From Octopus sinensis (taxonomy: Eukaryota): a stretch of 10,591 nucleotides of DNA. The translations under genes and the position numbers were made by a program. The stretch covers positions 1 to 10,591 of the forward strand of contig NW_021827381.1 of the NCBI RefSeq assembly GCF_006345805.1, written 5' to 3'. The notes beneath the pieces were generated by a model. That model saw nothing but the letters and a program-made list of their open reading frames with translations. It searched no databases and was not told the origin of the DNA. Position 1 is the first letter of the stretch, and each line of letters starts with the position of its first letter. Of the stretch, positions 7,536 through 10,591 are shown one piece after another.

Positions 7536-8356
7536 TGGCAAAGGAGTTGCTGTGTGGTAAGTAGCTTGCTTACCAACCACAATGTTCCGGGTTCAGTCCC
7601 ACTGCGTGGCATCTTGGGCAAGTGTCTGCTGCTATAGCCCCAGGCCGACCAATGCCTTGTGAATGGATTTTGTAGACGGAAACTGAAAGAAGCCCATCGA
7701 TAATATATATATATAATATATATTATATACTCTCTTTTACATGTTTCAGTCATTTGACTGCGGCTATGCTGGAGCACCACCTTTAGTCGAGCAAATCAAC
7801 CCCGGGACTTATCCTTTTGTAAGCCCAGTACTTATTCTATCAGTCGGTCTCCTTTGCCGACCGCTAAGTGATGGGGACGTAAACACACCAGCATCGGTTG
7901 TCATGCAATGCTAGGGGGACAAACACACACACACATATATATATAAATACATATATATGACAGGCTTCTTTCAGTTTCCATCTACCAAATCCATTCACAA
8001 GGCATTGGTCGGCCTGGGGCTATAGCAGAAGACACTTGTCCAAGATGCCACGCAGTGGGACTGAACGCGCAACCATGTGGTTGGTAAGCAAGCTACTTAC
8101 CACACAGCCACTCCTGCGCCTATATATATATATATGTATGTATATATTTTTGTGTGACTGTTTGTCATTCCACCATTGCTTGGCAACTGATGTTGGTATG
8201 TTTATGTTTCCGTAACTTAGCAGTTCAGCAAAAGAGACCAATAAAATAAGTACTAGGCTTACGAAGAATATTTCCTGGGGTGAATTTGTTCAACTAAAGG
8301 CGGTGCTCCAGCATGGCCGCAGTCAAAGGACTGAAAGATTTGAAAGAATAAAAGAA
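7536..8356 (+). mobile_element. SINE-A copy in the left arm, interrupted by a nested SINE
   Basis: Head 7536-7700, body/tail 8123-8356, variant tail GGACTGAAAGATTTGAAAGAATAAAAGAA. Confidence 0.88.
7727..8122 (-). mobile_element. Full-length SINE-A nested in the internal (TA)n of the left-arm SINE
   Basis: Complete copy flanked by TA repeats, in opposite orientation to its host and absent from the right arm. Confidence 0.92.
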
Positions 8357-8376
8357 CAAATCCAAATTCTGCAACA

Positions 8377-8585
8377 CTATTTCATCACATTATAAATGGC
8401 ATCGCTTAAGTGGTGGCCATTTTCGGCTTTGCACACCCCGGGCTCTTTTCAGATCTTGCACCATAACACCCTCAAAAGTTTCGGACCCCATATCTCTGAT
8501 TCCTCTATTGATGTTCTCCTTCAGTTGCACCAGGGTCTCTGGTTTGTTGACGTAAACCCTCTCTTTCTGGTATCCACGATATAGA
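8377..8585 (-). pseudogene. Tc1/mariner transposase C-terminal remnant (inverted copy)
   Basis: GYQKERVYVNKPETLVQLKENINRGIRDMGSETFEGVMVQDLKRAR, then a +1 shift into an AENGHHLSDAI-type ending. Resembles the WGYLKxxVY...GxHLxDxIF terminus of DDxxD transposases. Confidence 0.8.
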
Positions 8586-8587
8586 CC

Positions 8588-8908
8588 TTTTGGCACCCGG
8601 CCATTCAAAACAGACCCCACACAGGGTTCCAGCAAGACGGGGCAACTGGTCACACCACAAGAGAAACAATGCAGTTTCTATGGCCATCCTTAGGGGAGAG
8701 AGAATAATGCCCCACTACAGCAATATCAACTGACCCTCATACACACAACTGAATAATGTTCTCCTGGTGCAACTGAAGGAGAAATCAGAGAAATCGGGGT
8801 CCGAAACTCTTAAGGGTGTTATGGTACAAGTTTTGGAAAGAGCCCGGGGTGTGTGAAGCCGAAAATGGCCACCACTTAAGCGATGCCATTTTTCCTGTGA
8901 TGAAATAG
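8588..8908 (+). pseudogene. Internally deleted Tc1/mariner transposase remnant
   Basis: FWHPAIQNRPHTGFQQDGATGHTTRETMQFL contains the second catalytic Asp motif (GAC 8636-8638). It is followed by LVQLKE...VMVQVLERAR/VCEAENGHHLSDAIFPVMK* (TAG 8906-8908). The third-Asp region is missing. Confidence 0.82.
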
Positions 8909-8924
8909 TGTTGCAGAATTTGGC

Positions 8925-9162
8925 TTTATTCTTTTATTCTTTCAAATCTTTCAGTCCTTTGACTGCGGCCATGCTGGAGCACTGCCTTTAGTCGAGCAAA
9001 TCGACCCCAGGATTTATTCTTTGTAAGCCTAGTATTTATTCTATTGGACAATTTTGCCGAAGTGCTAAATTATGAGGGGACATAAATACACCAACATCGG
9101 TTGTCGAGCAATGGTTGGGGGACAAAAACAGACACACAAACACATTGATACATACACACAAC

Positions 9163-9199
<37 letters not shown>

Positions 9200-9383
9200 A
9201 CACACACATATATATAAACGACAGGCTTCTTTCAGTTTCCGTCTACCAAATCCACTCACAAGGCTTTGGTCAGCTCGAGGCTACGGTACAAGACACTTGT
9301 CCAAGATGCCACGCAGTGGGACTGAACCCAGAACCATTTGGTTGGTAAGCAAGCTACTTACCACACAGCCACTCCTTTGCCAT
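8925..9383 (-). mobile_element. SINE-A copy in the right arm
   Basis: Same variant tail and same 5' junction (CATGGCAAAGGAG) as the left-arm copy. Confidence 0.9.
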
Positions 9384-9523
9384 GTATAGTAATTTCCATT
9401 ATGTCATTTATATTGTACCAAAATTTCATGCATTTATTTGCGAAGTTAAGGAAGTTATTAAAAATTGAAACGCATCAGTGCCTTTTGAGACACCCTGTAT
9501 GACACACACACACATGTGTATAT

Positions 9524-9741
9524 ATTCTTCTATTCTTTTACTCGCTTCAGACATTTGACTGCAGCCATGTTGGAGCACCACCTTTTAGTCAAGCAAATCG
9601 ACCCCAGGACTTATTCTTTGTAAGCCTAGTACTTATTCTATCGGTCTCTTTTGCCGAACCGCTAAGTTACAGGGACATAAACACACCAGCATCGGTTGTC
9701 AAGCAATGTTTGGGGGGACAAACACAGACACACAAATATAC

Positions 9742-9776
<35 letters not shown>

Positions 9777-9948
9777 ATATATACAACAGGCTTCTTTTAG
9801 TTTCCGTCTACCAAATCCACTCAAAAGGCTTTGGTCGGTCCAAGGCTATAGTTGAAGACACTTGCCCAAGATGCCACGCAGTGGGACTGAACCTGGAACC
9901 ATGTGGTTAGTAAGCAAGTTACTTACCACACAACCACTCCTATGCCTA
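9524..9948 (-). mobile_element. SINE-A full-length copy
   Basis: Colinear with 6887-7287 and ends GCCTA at 9948. Confidence 0.92.
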
Positions 9949-10032
9949 GAGCCACAAAAACTGCGAAAAAAATCTCTTCTTTTGAGATTGGATTTGATCC
10001 CTCATGATTCACTCGATCTCCATATATGGTGG

Positions 10033-10411
10033 GTGGAGGCGCAATGGCCCAGTGGTTAGGGCAGCGGACTCGCGGTCGTAGGATCGTGGTTTCGATTCCC
10101 AGACCGGGCGTTGTGAGTGTGTTTATTGAGCGAAAAACACCTAAAAGCTCCACGAGGCTCCGGCAGGGGATGGTGGTGACCCCTGCTGTACTCTTTCACC
10201 ACAACTTTCTCTAACTCTTACTTCCTGTTTCTGTTGTACCTGTATTTCAAGGGGCCGGCCTGTCACTCTCTGTGTCACTCTGATATCCCCGAGAACTACG
10301 TAAGGGTACACGTGTCTGTGGAGTGCTCAGCCACTTATACGTTAATTTTATGAGCAGGCTGTTCCGTTGATTCGGATCAACCGGAACCCTCGTCGTAACC
10401 GACGGAGTGCT
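10033..10411 (+). mobile_element. SINE-C, full-length tRNA-derived SINE with a perfect 14-bp TSD
   Basis: A-box TGGCCCAGTGG (10045-10055), B-box GTTTCGATTCC (10089-10099), two 3' stem-loops, and TSD TCCATATATGGTGG at 10019-10032 and 10412-10425. Confidence 0.92.
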
Positions 10412-10450
10412 TCCATATATGGTGGATATATAAACTGGGCTAATTTAATT

Positions 10451-10591
10451 ATTCGTCTCCCATACACAGAATGTTTATCTTCCTTGGGCATGGACATATT
10501 GAAGCCTAGATGTCTGGCAACAGCCTTGGGAGACACCCACAAGATTATCCACCATCTTTCCTACAACAACCTTAGGTACCTTTTGGAATTC
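10451..10591 (+). mobile_element. CR1-like LINE ORF2 C-terminal remnant, running off the window end
   Basis: IRLPYTECLSSLGMDILKPRCLATALGDTHKIIHH resembles the CR1 motif pattern LPYEERLxxLGLxxLxxRRLxxDLxxTYKII. Confidence 0.65.

Larger units (their letters stand above)
7421..9497. mobile_element. Non-autonomous fold-back derivative of a Tc1/mariner (DDxxD, possibly DD41D/rosa-like) transposon with very long inverted arms
   Basis: Ends CAGGGTGTCCCAAAAGGCACTGATGCGTTTCAATTTTT and its reverse complement followed by TA (9498-9499). Arms 7421-8534 and 8763-9497 align throughout, and transposase remnants lie in the centre. Confidence 0.88.

Noticed and set aside
245-9948. CRISPR-like or regularly spaced repeat array
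   Set aside because: Repeats are ~400-bp dispersed SINEs in both orientations at irregular spacing, with no cas genes and a eukaryotic context.
10033-10110. tRNA gene
   Set aside because: A and B boxes are present but the cloverleaf is poor, and the sequence continues into a SINE body bounded by a TSD.

Overview
Repeat-dense, AT-rich eukaryotic DNA with no host protein-coding gene that I can support. The SINE families look like octopus/coleoid cephalopod repeats; this is from recollection, not a database search. The window is a mosaic of retroelement and transposon remnants separated by TA/TG/AAC microsatellites. It holds about 12 copies or fragments of one tRNA-derived SINE with an internal microsatellite (SINE-A), further SINE families (B, C and a shared-tail pair), and decayed RTE, R4/Dong-like and CR1-like LINE ends. 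It also holds Penelope-like terminal fragments with degenerate hammerhead-ribozyme motifs. The most unusual structure is a ~2.08 kb fold-back at 7421-9497, made of two inverted 3' ends of a dead Tc1/mariner (DDxxD) transposon. Both arms carry the same SINE insertion, and a further SINE is nested in the left arm with signs of local gene conversion. Nearly all ORFs in the supplied track are artefacts of microsatellites and SINEs.
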